A stretch of DNA of 64,000 nt from an uncultured delta proteobacterium (lineage in GTDB: Bacteria > Desulfobacterota > Binatia > Binatales > Binataceae), in the NCBI GenBank assembly GCA_963710425.1, contig CAVQAR010000024.1:229042-293041 (forward strand). The letters run 5' to 3'. This document shows, piece by piece, positions 1-9,644 of the stretch. The notes under the pieces are model-generated. The model saw nothing but the letters and a program-made list of their open reading frames with translations, had not been told where the DNA came from and did not search any database. A program made the translations under genes and the position numbers. The first letter of the stretch is position 1. Each line of letters starts with the position of its first letter.

Positions 1-743
1 GGGCATCTCGACGGCGAGCTCGACCTCGCCGCCGACCTCGAAGTGCAGCGGCATATCGAGGAATGCCCGCGATGCGCGAGCGAATACGCCGCGCTGCGCG
101 CGATGCGCACGCGGCTCAAGGACGAAGCGTTCCGCTTCGAGGCGCCGGCCGCATTGAAGGAAAAGATTCGCCGCGCAATCCCGGCGCCGACCGCCATCGC
201 GCTCGAACGGCTATCCGTCGCGGCGCGGAGCGTGGGCGCCGCGCGCGGCTCCGATTCGTGGTGCCGATGGCGATTGGCGCGATGCTCGCGCTGGTCATCG
301 CGCCGCGCACGATTGCGCCAGCACTCAATCAGCGCCTCGCGAGCGAAGTGGTCGCCAGCCACGTGCGATCGCTGATGGCGGCGCATCTGATGGACGTCGC
401 CTCGACCGATCAGCACACCGTCAAGCCGTGGTTCAACGGCAAGCTGGATTTCTCGCCGCCGGTTACCGATTTCGCCAAAGACGGATTTCCGCTGGTGGGC
501 GGGCGTCTCGACTATATCGACGGCCGGCCGGTCGCGGCGCTCGTGTATCAGCATGGCAAGCACGTGATCAACGTTTTCATGTGGCCGACGACCGGCGACG
601 CGACCAGCGCGGAGAGAATCGAGACCGAGCACGGATACAACGTCGAGCAACTGATGGTCGCGGGGATGAATTGCTGGATGGTGTCGGATTTGAATCAGCA
701 GGAGCTCGACAAGTTCGCGGAGCTGATTCGCGCCAAGGGCTAA
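1..743 (+). CDS. Anti-sigma factor with zf-HC2 zinc finger and TM helix; 5'-truncated by the window edge, apparent frameshift near 200-260
   Basis: Frame 1 reads GHLDGELD...HIEECPRC (HxxxCxxC). The downstream frame has a TM helix followed by HVRSL...[21 protein letters not shown]...PLVGGRLDY. Confidence 0.85.
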   Translation, partial: ASRRRARPRRRPRSAAAYRGMPAMRERIRRAARDAHAAQGRSVPLRGAGRIEGKDSPRNPGADRHRARTAIRRGAERGRRARLRFVVPMAIGAMLALVIAPRTIAPALNQRLASEVVASHVRSLMAAHLMDVASTDQHTVKPWFNGKLDFSPPVTDFAKDGFPLVGGRLDYIDGRPVAALVYQHGKHVINVFMWPTTGDATSAERIETEHGYNVEQLMVAGMNCWMVSDLNQQELDKFAELIRAKG

Positions 744-868
744 CGACGCGGTTTCTCCTGCGCCGAAGATCGGCGGATAACTCGCGCATTCGCGGGTTGC
801 GCAGGTGGGGCGCGGCTGAAAGAATGCATCGGTTGCCGCCCGCCCATCGAGGCGGCCCCCACCTGCCG

Positions 869-1929
869 ATGCGCCGCGTCGAGACAATTTTCATCGTTAT
901 AGCAATTGGGTTTTACGCGTGGTTCCTGACTCATTACGGGCCGCGCGAGGTGATTGGCTACGTGCGGATGGCGGGATGGGGCCTGGCGCTGACCATCTCG
1001 CTCGAGGCGATTGCGCGAATCGCGAACACGCTCGGCTGGCGCGTCACGATCGAGCACTATCCGCCCAAGCTCAGTTTCCTCGAATTGTTCGGCGCCCGAA
1101 TTGGCGGCGAGGCGATCGATTACGTGACGCCGTCGGCGCAGCTCGGCGGGCAGTTCGTAATGGCGGTCGAGGTGCGCGAGAAATTGCGCATGCCGGTGGG
1201 GTTGGCGACGGTGGTCGTCGCGTCGCTGGCGGAAGCGGTCGGCCAAATCGTGTTTATATCGATCGCGCTGGTAGTCTCGCTGCGCATGATACCGGTCGCC
1301 GCCAACTTGTACTGGGCGATCGTCGGCGGGTTCGCGACTGGCGGTTGCGCTGGCCGGCGGATTCTTTTTCGTGCAGATGAAGCGGCCGTTTTCCCATCTG
1401 TGGCGCGCCGTCGCCAGGTTCGATATCGCGCGAATCAACGTCAACGAAAACGAAATCCGCGATTCCGCCGACGAGGCCGACACGGTGCTGCTCGACTTCT
1501 ACGCGCGCAATCGCTGGCCGGTTCCTGGCGTCGTGCCTCTGCTATGCGGTCGCGTGGAGTCTCGGGCCGCTCGAAATCTATATCCTGTTGCGGCTGCTGC
1601 ATCAGCCGGCGACGTTTCAAACCGCGCTGCTGGTCGAGTCGGTCGGGCTGCTGATCGAGCGCGCGACCTTTCTGATTCCGGGCAAGCTGGTAAGCCAGGA
1701 GGGCGGCAAGGCGCTGATCCTCGGGATGCTGGGCTATCCGGCGGGAATCGGCTTCGCGGTGGGGTTTCTGCGGCGTATCAAGGAAATGGTATGGGTGTTG
1801 TTCGGGCTGCTGGCCCTGATGATACATCGGATGGGCGCGCAGCAGCGCGGTGATATTAAGGGGGCCGCGCCTGATGGGCGCGACTCTGTGTTGAAAATGC
1901 AACGAGCACAAGGAGAGCAATCGCTATGA
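869..1929 (+). CDS. Lysylphosphatidylglycerol synthase TM / flippase-like (UPF0104) membrane protein; two apparent frameshifts
   Basis: Hydrophobic ORF pieces in three frames with GEAIDYVTPSAQLGG, IPGKLVSQEGG and RRIKEMVW, typical of the family. Confidence 0.7.
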
Positions 1930-2748
1930 GGAAATTAACCGCCCTGGTTGCGGGGATGACGCTCGCAATGACCGCGCTGCCCGCGGCCGCCGGGGTCGTC
2001 ATCACGCAGAAACAGCACGTTACCAGCGGGACCAACTCCCGCGACTCCGAACAAACGATTTCGGTGCAGGGCAACAAGCAGAAGATGGTGACCGAGAAGC
2101 ACACCATCATAACCGATCTCGACGTTGGGAAAATGTACGTGCTCGATCCGAATGCGAAGACCTACTTCGAGATCGAGTTTCCGCCCAAGGGCCAGATGGC
2201 CACGATGATGGCGGCGAGCACCAACGCGGCGATGAATTTCAAGAAGGCCGGCACCACGCGTGATATCGCGGGCTACAAGTGCACCGACTACGACGGCGGC
2301 GGTCACATGATGGCGGGCGACTACACGGTCAAGGAATGCTTCTCGACCAACGGCGCCCGGCGCCGAGGAGTTTGCGGCGTTCGAGAAACAACATGGCGGA
2401 CAAGCTCAAGAGCGCAGGCACACTACGGCCAATGGCGAGATTCCCGGCGGAGTGCCGCTCGCGCTGGACTCGACGATGAAGATGGGGAAGGTGAACATCC
2501 CGGGGATGGCGCCGGAGCAGGCGGCCAAGATCAACGAGATGATGGCGAAGCGCCCACCGGTCACGACCAGCACAGTGGTCGAGAAGATCGAAACGAAGAA
2601 ACTGGCGGACGCCGATTTCGCGGTGCCGTCGGATTTCACCAAGAAAGACCTGCCGGGACCGGGCGGAATGATGATGAGGCCGGGCGCAATGAAGATGGCG
2701 CCTGGTGCGGGCGCACCGGCAGCCGGCGCGTCGCCAGCAGCGCACTGA
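1926..2748 (+). CDS. Secreted DUF4412-like protein; apparent frameshifts near 2350-2450
   Basis: Signal peptide MRKLTALVAG...AAAG; motifs GTTRDIAGYKCTDY and DFAVPSDF; ATGA overlap with the upstream gene. Confidence 0.7.
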
Positions 2749-2787
2749 TCTGAATCGCTCGCGCTGACTCACGCGAAGACCAAAGAG

Positions 2788-2823
2788 AAGAGCGGGGTCC
2801 ATCGGGTCCCCGCTCTCAGTTTC
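2788..2823. terminator. Probable bidirectional intrinsic terminator
   Basis: GAGCGGGG...CCCCGCTC hairpin between convergent genes. Confidence 0.6.
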
Positions 2824-2840
2824 AATCCAATTCGAGAGAA

Positions 2841-3491
2841 TTACATCGATGCTGACGCCGACGACTCAGCCTGCTTGGGCGCGTTGAGCGCGGCGCACGA
2901 ATCCCAGAGCCATTTCGCGGTTGACAGTTCGTCTTCGGCAAACAGCCGCAACGCTTCCTTGGTCGAAAGATCTTCTTTCAGCAGCGCGGCGAACTCGCAG
3001 ATCGGTTTGATCGCGTCCTCGGGCTTGCCGACGCGCTTGGTGAAGCTGAGCAGTTTTTCGTTGTCGGGAATCGACGGGTTGCCGAGATAGGCGGTGTACT
3101 TGCGTCCGTCTTCGGTGATCATCGCGCGAGCCTCACCGCCGAGCTCCGCCAGCCGCTGCGCGAAAATCCGCGAATGATACGCCTCGCGCTCGGCGACGAT
3201 GCGAATGCCGGTGCGGATGCAATCGGTGGTGCAGACTTCCGCCCACGCCGCGAACGCTTCGCCGCCGTTGGCCTCGCCCGCGCGAACCTTGTCGAGAAAG
3301 CTGACGACCGCGGCGCGCTCGGATTTGTAAGTGCGGCCGAACGCCTTGAATCCACCGCCGCTGCCGTTGCCATTGCCGTCGGTCGGCGCGCCGGCTTCGA
3401 GCCACGCCAACTCGGACTCGAAGGTGGACTGGGAGATGACTCCGTTGCGGTAGGCCCTAAGCAGTTGTTTGAATTCAAAATCGTAACTCAT
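2841..3491 (-). CDS. Hypothetical protein: SHOCT-like N-terminus plus ferritin-like domain
   Basis: LLRAYRNGVISQSTFE at the N-terminus; helical domain with GEANG, EREAYH and EDE motifs; GGAGG SD upstream. Confidence 0.6.
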   Translation of the reverse strand: MSYDFEFKQLLRAYRNGVISQSTFESELAWLEAGAPTDGNGNGSGGGFKAFGRTYKSERAAVVSFLDKVRAGEANGGEAFAAWAEVCTTDCIRTGIRIVAEREAYHSRIFAQRLAELGGEARAMITEDGRKYTAYLGNPSIPDNEKLLSFTKRVGKPEDAIKPICEFAALLKEDLSTKEALRLFAEDELSTAKWLWDSCAALNAPKQAESSASASM

Positions 3492-3684
3492 TGGGTGTCC
3501 TCCACCTGTCTCACTCACTAAACGAGCGTTCAGTCAGTGAGACTTCAAAGCATAAGGCGGCGTGCGCGTTTCTGTCAATTGCAGGTTTTGCGACTCCGCG
3601 TGCTGGCATCGATACGAATATTGCCGCATGATTTTTCAGACTGCGCCGCACAACTGACACGATATTTTGGTTGAGGGAGTCGCG

Positions 3685-4647
3685 ATGAGTGAAATCAAGC
3701 ACAGCTTCGTCCGGACCAACGGCATCAAGATGCACGTGGCGCAGATCGGCGAGGGCTTTCCGGTGGTGTTCTGCCACGGCTTTCCCGAGATGTGGTACTC
3801 GTGGCGGCATCAGATGAAGGCGATCGCCGAAGCGGGCTTTCGCGCGATCGCGCCCGACCAGCGCGGCTACGGCGAGACCGAAGCGCCGGCGCCGATCGAG
3901 GCGTACACGCAGCGCAAGCTGGTCGGCGACATCGTCGGCATGCTCGACGCGCTGGGTATCGGCCGATGCGTGATCGTCGGTCACGATTGGGGCGGCATGG
4001 TCGCGTGGAACACTGCGCTGATGGCGCGGGACAGCGTCGAGCGCGTGATCGGCATCAACACGCCGTTCATCCCGCGCGCGCCGATGAAGCCGACCGACGC
4101 GATGCGCGCGATGTCGGCGGGCGGCTTCCACTACATTCTCTATTTTCAAACGCCCGGCGTGGCGGAGGAGGAACTCGAACGCGACGTCGCCCGCTCGCTG
4201 CGCGGCTTCTACCAGGATCCGCCGGAAGTGATCCGGACGAGATTCGCAAAGCGGTGCCGGGTGTGTTCGGGCCGGCGGGCGGCGGACTGCTCGATCGATT
4301 CGCGGATCGTCCGCATGGAAAGTTTCTCACCGACGAGGACTTCGAGGTCTTCGTGCGCGGCGTTCAAGAAGAGCGGCTTTCGCGGCGGCCTGAACTGGTA
4401 TCGATGCATCGATCGAAGCTGGGAGGAAAGCGCCGGCCAGACCGATCGCATCGAGCAGCCCGCGCTGATGATCACGGCGGAGCGCGACGTCGTCCTGCGT
4501 CCCGAAATGGCCGAAGGGATGAGCACATGGGTGCCGAACCTCCGCAAGACTGTCCTGATCAAAGGCTCCGGCCACTGGACGCAGCAGGAAAAGCCAGCCG
4601 AAGTGAACGCCGCAATCCTGGATTTTCTTTCTGATATGAAAAAGTAG
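3685..4647 (+). CDS. Epoxide hydrolase-family alpha/beta hydrolase (compensating frameshifts about 4225-4360)
   Basis: HGFPE, GHDWGG nucleophile motif, GHWTQQE. Confidence 0.9.
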   Translation: MSEIKHSFVRTNGIKMHVAQIGEGFPVVFCHGFPEMWYSWRHQMKAIAEAGFRAIAPDQRGYGETEAPAPIEAYTQRKLVGDIVGMLDALGIGRCVIVGHDWGGMVAWNTALMARDSVERVIGINTPFIPRAPMKPTDAMRAMSAGGFHYILYFQTPGVAEEELERDVARSLRGFYQDPPEVIRTRFAKRCRVCSGRRAADCSIDSRIVRMESFSPTRTSRSSCAAFKKSGFRGGLNWYRCIDRSWEESAGQTDRIEQPALMITAERDVVLRPEMAEGMSTWVPNLRKTVLIKGSGHWTQQEKPAEVNAAILDFLSDMKK

Positions 4648-4783
4648 TGGTGGCCTTCCTTTTGGTGGCCCGCCCAAGGCGGGCGACGGGGAACCGGCAC
4701 TGGCTTCGGGTGCGCGAAGCTGTCCGGAAGCCAGAAGCCTCCTCCCGTCGCGCCCGATCTCGACGCCAACCGCGACGCGATCC

Positions 4784-5305
4784 TCAGCTGGCTTGGTCTT
4801 TCGCAGACCCCGCCCAAGGCGTAAGCCGAGGCAACCAACGCGGAACATTGGCCTTGAAGTTCGCGAACTCGTCGCCAAATGAGCGCTCGAGCGTGGGTTC
4901 CTCGATGACCAGCACCCAAAAGTGAAAAAACAACCAGAGGATTGCTGCATAGACGACGAGCCTGTCATCGCCAAGAATGAGCGCTTCACCGAAGACGATC
5001 GTAACAAGGCCGACATAAATCGGATTGCGTACGCGCCGGTAGAAACCGGTCATGACGAGCTTTGTCGGCGGCGCGATCGGTGCGGGCGTTCCAAAGCCCT
5101 TCCACACGAAGCGCGCGAAAGACTCGACGAGCAAAATGAGACCGAGGAGCACGAGCGCTGCGCCTGCCAAGCGAAGTGCCTCGAAGCCGAAGAAGGCGGG
5201 CCTCAGCTGCCAGTCCGTAATGGACCATGGAACGAGACCCACAATCGTTCCCGGCGCAATCACGAAAAAGAGCAAGGAGCCAAGAGCTGCCCAGAACCGT
5301 CTCAT
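4784..5305 (-). CDS. Isoprenylcysteine carboxyl methyltransferase / PEMT-family membrane protein
   Basis: GTPAPIAPPTKLV.TGFYRRVRNPIY, EEPTL...FG, VPRWLP. Confidence 0.85.
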   Translation of the reverse strand: MRRFWAALGSLLFFVIAPGTIVGLVPWSITDWQLRPAFFGFEALRLAGAALVLLGLILLVESFARFVWKGFGTPAPIAPPTKLVMTGFYRRVRNPIYVGLVTIVFGEALILGDDRLVVYAAILWLFFHFWVLVIEEPTLERSFGDEFANFKANVPRWLPRLTPWAGSAKDQAS

Positions 5306-5429
5306 GCGATTCCTCCCCAGGAATCTGCGCGCGACACGGCGCGCCAGCCGCTGCCACATTATAGAGGAAAATGACCTCGAATCCGCACTCTTATGTACCT
5401 TTGTCAAGTATATAATCGCCAGTCCTCTA

Positions 5430-5612
5430 TTATCGGCGGGCGGACTCTTCGGCCAATGTGCGATTCGCATCCAGTACCAGATCGACTGCTTCCTTCAGAT
5501 TCGTCCGAGTCTCAGCCAAAGTGCGTCCTTGGGTGTTCGCACCGGCCAATTCCTCGACAAATCCGACGTAGCCACCGCGCACCTTTTTGAAAACAGCCGT
5601 CAGTTTCATCAT
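5430..5612 (-). CDS. HicB-family antitoxin (short, orphan)
   Basis: GYVGFVEELAGANTQGRTLAETRTNLKEAV matches the HicB RNase H-like fold signature. Confidence 0.75.
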   Translation of the reverse strand: MMKLTAVFKKVRGGYVGFVEELAGANTQGRTLAETRTNLKEAVDLVLDANRTLAEESARR

Positions 5613-5634
5613 TCCGCCTCGCAAAGCGTCACGC

Positions 5635-7740
5635 TCACTTCGTCGTGATGCCGGTGGATTCTGCGACTAGTTCTGCCAGGTCGCGGACGCGCATTGTTTC
5701 TTCGAGCGAGCGGGATTTCACCGCGTCTTCGAGCATCGTCATGCAGAATGGGCATCCGACGGCGACGCACTTGGGCTTGGCTTCCTGCAATTGATCGAAG
5801 CGCTTCTGATTGATGCGCGTGCCCTCGTGTTCCTCTTTCCAGAAGCATCCGCCGCCCGCGCCGCAACAGAACGTGCGATTCTTCGACTGCTCGACTTCCG
5901 CGACTTCGGCGCCCGGGATCGCGCCGAGTGCGCTCCGCGCGCTGTCCCATTTGCGATTGTGCCGCGCCATGTAGCACGGGTCGTGGTACGTGATGCGCTC
6001 GTCGATCTTGCCGCGCGGCTTCAGACGCCCAGCCTGGATTAGCTCGTCGATAAATTCCGCTTCGTGCAGGACCGTGTAGTTGCCGCCGAAGTCCGGATAC
6101 TCATTCTTCAAATTGTGAAAGCAATGCGGGCATTGAGTGACTATTCGCCGCGGCTTGTAGCGATTGAGCGTCTCGACGTTCTGCGCGGCGACCGTCGCGT
6201 ACAAGTATTCGTTGCCGAGCCGTCGCGCCGGGTCGCCGGTGCAGGTTTCCTCGCGACCGAGGATCGCGAACTTGACCCCCGCCTGTTTCATCAAGCCCGA
6301 GAACGACTTGCTGACGCGCTGATTGCGCTCGTCGTACGAGCCCGCGCATCCGACCCAGTACAGCACGTCGATTTCCGACGGATCTTCGAGCTCGGCAATT
6401 TCGGGAATCTCGAGTCCGTTGGCCCATTCGGCGCGCTTTTCCTGCGCGAGGCCCCATGGATTGCCCTGGTTTTCGATTCCCTTGAACGCGCCGGTCAGCT
6501 CGGTCGGGAATCGCGATTCCATCAGCACGTCGTAGCGCCGCATGTCCACGATTCGCTGGATGTGCTCGATGCTGACTGGGCATCCTTCTTCGCACCATCC
6601 GCAGGTCGTGCATCCCCACACCGCTTCTTCGGTCGCGACCTGCGTGATCATGTCGGGACCGTTCCACGCCGGCGCTTCTGCGCCTTCAGCAACTTTGCCG
6701 TTGGCCTTGGCCGCGAGCAAAAAAGGCGCTTTGTCGAGCAGATGCTCGCGCTGTTCGATCACGAGGTACTTGGGATTCAGCACTTTGCCGGTGTTGACGG
6801 TGGGGCAGTTGATCGTGCAGCGGCCGCATTCGAGGCACGATCCCATGTCGAGCAATTGCTTCCAGGTGTACTGCTCGACTTGCGAGACGCCGAAGGTTTC
6901 CGCGGTTTCGAAATCCTTGATCGGCGCGAGCCGTCCGCGCGGACCCAGGTTGCGGAAGAAAAGATTCAGCGGCCCGAAAATCAAATGACGCAGCTTGGTG
7001 AACGGAAAACAAAACAGCAGCATGAACACGCACAGCACGTGCACCAGCCACAGCCATCGATGGTACGTGACGCCCGCGCCGAGAGCGCCTTCGATTCGTC
7101 CGACGACGCGTCCCACGTATGCCCATTCGTGGAACGCCGGATGCGCCGCGTTGATACGCGCGCCCTCGAGCATCAGGCCGGTGAGCGCCGCCAGCACCAT
7201 CATCGCCATCGGGAAGCCGTAGCCGAGCCGGTTCTCGAGATTGTCGCGCATTTTTTCGGCGGGCGGATCGCTCAAGAGGGTTGGCTGGCGAAGCTCACGC
7301 CGCGCACCTTCCATCAACACGCCGAGGATGAGCAGCAGGAAGAAGGTATCCATCGCGGCTTTGAAGTAGAGATAGAAGTCGCCGTAGTAGAAATAAAAAT
7401 CGACGCCGAACAGATTGAGCAGGTCGCGCAAGTCGCTGTTGATGAGGACGATGGTCGTGCCGATGAACAATCCGACGAATGCGACGTAGAACGCGTAATG
7501 CATCCAGCCCCAGGTCTCGCGGATTACATTGCCCTGTCCGAACGAATCGCGCAGTGAGAGGAGCAGGCGCTCGACGGGGCGATCGAGGCGATTTTCGGAG
7601 ACGCCGAGCGTCACCAGTCGGTACCATTTCATGAAGGCGTAAACGCAGCCGGCCATAAACAGCGCGAGCAGGCCGTACATCAAGACGATGAACGGGGCGG
7701 GGATGTTCCACAGGATCTGGCGGGTGACTTGCTCGTTCAT
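5635..7740 (-). CDS. Membrane Fe-S oxidoreductase, FadF/HdrD-like
   Basis: TM N-terminus, two CxxCxxCxxxCP motifs, CCG domains (YHDPCY, CCGAGGG, CPFC). Confidence 0.9.
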   Translation of the reverse strand: MNEQVTRQILWNIPAPFIVLMYGLLALFMAGCVYAFMKWYRLVTLGVSENRLDRPVERLLLSLRDSFGQGNVIRETWGWMHYAFYVAFVGLFIGTTIVLINSDLRDLLNLFGVDFYFYYGDFYLYFKAAMDTFFLLLILGVLMEGARRELRQPTLLSDPPAEKMRDNLENRLGYGFPMAMMVLAALTGLMLEGARINAAHPAFHEWAYVGRVVGRIEGALGAGVTYHRWLWLVHVLCVFMLLFCFPFTKLRHLIFGPLNLFFRNLGPRGRLAPIKDFETAETFGVSQVEQYTWKQLLDMGSCLECGRCTINCPTVNTGKVLNPKYLVIEQREHLLDKAPFLLAAKANGKVAEGAEAPAWNGPDMITQVATEEAVWGCTTCGWCEEGCPVSIEHIQRIVDMRRYDVLMESRFPTELTGAFKGIENQGNPWGLAQEKRAEWANGLEIPEIAELEDPSEIDVLYWVGCAGSYDERNQRVSKSFSGLMKQAGVKFAILGREETCTGDPARRLGNEYLYATVAAQNVETLNRYKPRRIVTQCPHCFHNLKNEYPDFGGNYTVLHEAEFIDELIQAGRLKPRGKIDERITYHDPCYMARHNRKWDSARSALGAIPGAEVAEVEQSKNRTFCCGAGGGCFWKEEHEGTRINQKRFDQLQEAKPKCVAVGCPFCMTMLEDAVKSRSLEETMRVRDLAELVAESTGITTK

Positions 7741-8358
7741 TTGCGCTCCATCGGAAAAGCCGGTGGCGAAGATGCCTTGTAACAGACTCTTAAATCAGAC
7801 CATCGCGGATGAATTCAATCGGTCGCGACCGTGCTGGATGGATTTCGTTTGCTGGACCGGCAAAATGGCGAGATTCTTTGCGATCGAAAAGAGGCGAAAG
7901 AGCGATTTCATACTATAGGTTGTGGTTATGAGATGCGCTGACCACTGCCGGTAGCTTCGTTCCGTCAAAAGTTGTTTTTGTTGGAAGTTGAGGTCGGCGT
8001 GCCTCGTGCGGGAGCGGGGCGAGCTTGCGGCATCTTGAGTGATGGTGCATACCACAGTGCTAGCACGGATATTGAAGGAGGTTCAGGCTTAAAAGTTCAT
8101 CCCCCCTCGAAGAGAGCAAAAGGTTTCCGGCGAGCCGAGTAAAAAGAATCGATCGGAGAGCTTTGAAATCGACGCTAACAACCTAACCTCTTCGCCGAGC
8201 GGGAAGGGGTACCGGAATGGGGAGAAGAGGCGGCATCTTGAATCGCGATTAGACGAGTTGGCAAACGGGCGTATCGGGCGTTGCCCCTCTCCTTCCAGGG
8301 AGAGGGGAAAAACGACAAGGTTGCGAATCGTCGCCGTTGAGCACAACTTATTGTCTGT

Positions 8359-9556
8359 ATGCCTTCACCAGACGTTTACTGGCTCGCACTAAGACGGGCG
8401 CGCGGCGTCGGTCCGCGCACTTGCAAGCTGCTGATCGAAAAGTTCGGCGCGCCTGAAAAAATTTTCCAACTCACCTCCGACCAGATCGCCGCCGCCGGCG
8501 TGCCGCGCAACACCGCCCGCAGTATCTGTGAGTTCCGCGATTTCGAGCCACTAGAAAAGGAACTGTGCGAGCTGCCCAACATCGGCGCCCGCCTCGTCAA
8601 ATGGACCGACGCCGACTATCCGACAAATCTGCGCCAAATCGCCGACCCGCCGCCATTCCTGTTCGTCCGCGGCACCGCGACCTTGACCGACTCCACTTGT
8701 ATCGCGATCGTCGGCGCGCGCGCCGCCAGCGACATCGGCCGCCGCATGGCGCAATCGACTCGGCCTCGAGCTCGCTGCCAAAGGCTTCACCGTCGTGAGC
8801 GGTCTGGCCCGCGGAATCGACGGCGAAGCGCATCAAGGTGCGCTCGACGCTCACGGCAAGACCCTCGCGGTCCTCGGCTGCGGCGTCGACGTCATCTATC
8901 CCGCAGAGCATCGCAAGCTGGCCGAGGCGATTATCGACGGCGGCGGCGCTCTCATCAGCGAGCTGCCGATTGGAATGCAGCCCCTTGCCGAGAATTTCCC
9001 GACCCGCAATCGCATCCTGTCGGGTCTCTGCCTCGGCGTCGTAATCGTCGAGGCTGCCGAAAAAAGCGGCTCGCTGATCACTGCGCGGATGGCGCTCGAG
9101 CAGGATCGCCAGGTCTTCGCCGTCCCCGGCAGCCCGCTCAGTGGCAAGACCCGCGGCAGCAATCGCCTGCTGAAGGAGGGCGCGAAGCTGGTCGAATGCG
9201 TCGAGGACGTGATCGAGGAGCTCGCGCCCCAGATGGTCGGCCGTCCCTCTGCGGCCGAAAGGCGGATGCCCATCGCCGCGGTTGAACCAATTCCGCCTCC
9301 GCCAACGTCTAATGTATATGTGAGCGTCGGAGTAGCTCCGTTGTTAGCGATGCCCGAAGATGTCAAGACTCCTGAAGTAGCAACTGACAGTACTATTACT
9401 ATCTTAAACAATCTAAAAGATTCTGAAAGACTCCACGTTGACTCGATCATCGAGTCGTCCGGGCTCAACGCCCAAACCGTGCTTAGGTTACTTCTGGAAC
9501 TGGAACTCGAAGGTCGCGTCACCCAACATCCCGGCAAGCTTTTCTCGCTTGCATAA
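8359..9556 (+). CDS. dprA: DNA-processing protein DprA; apparent frameshift near 8755
   Basis: IADPPPFLFVRG, AIVGAR, SGLARGIDG.AH, FP.RNRILSG, SGSLITA; C-terminal winged helix; directly upstream of topA. Confidence 0.95.
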
Positions 9557-9644
9557 CTCTGGCAGGGTGTAACCCCTGAAGCGTCGGGAATTTGCGCTGG
9601 CGCGAAACCTGCGAGGGGTACGGGAACTTGGAGGCGCCTGAACG

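Noticed and set aside
6064-7557. Long antisense ORFs (also 10236-11369, 57081-58280, 61264-62484)
   Set aside because: Shadow ORFs opposite well-supported genes, expected at high GC.
7741-8358. Possible ncRNA or small gene in the fadF-dprA intergenic region
   Set aside because: Only degenerate family-A hairpins were recognised; no identifiable RNA motif or convincing ORF.
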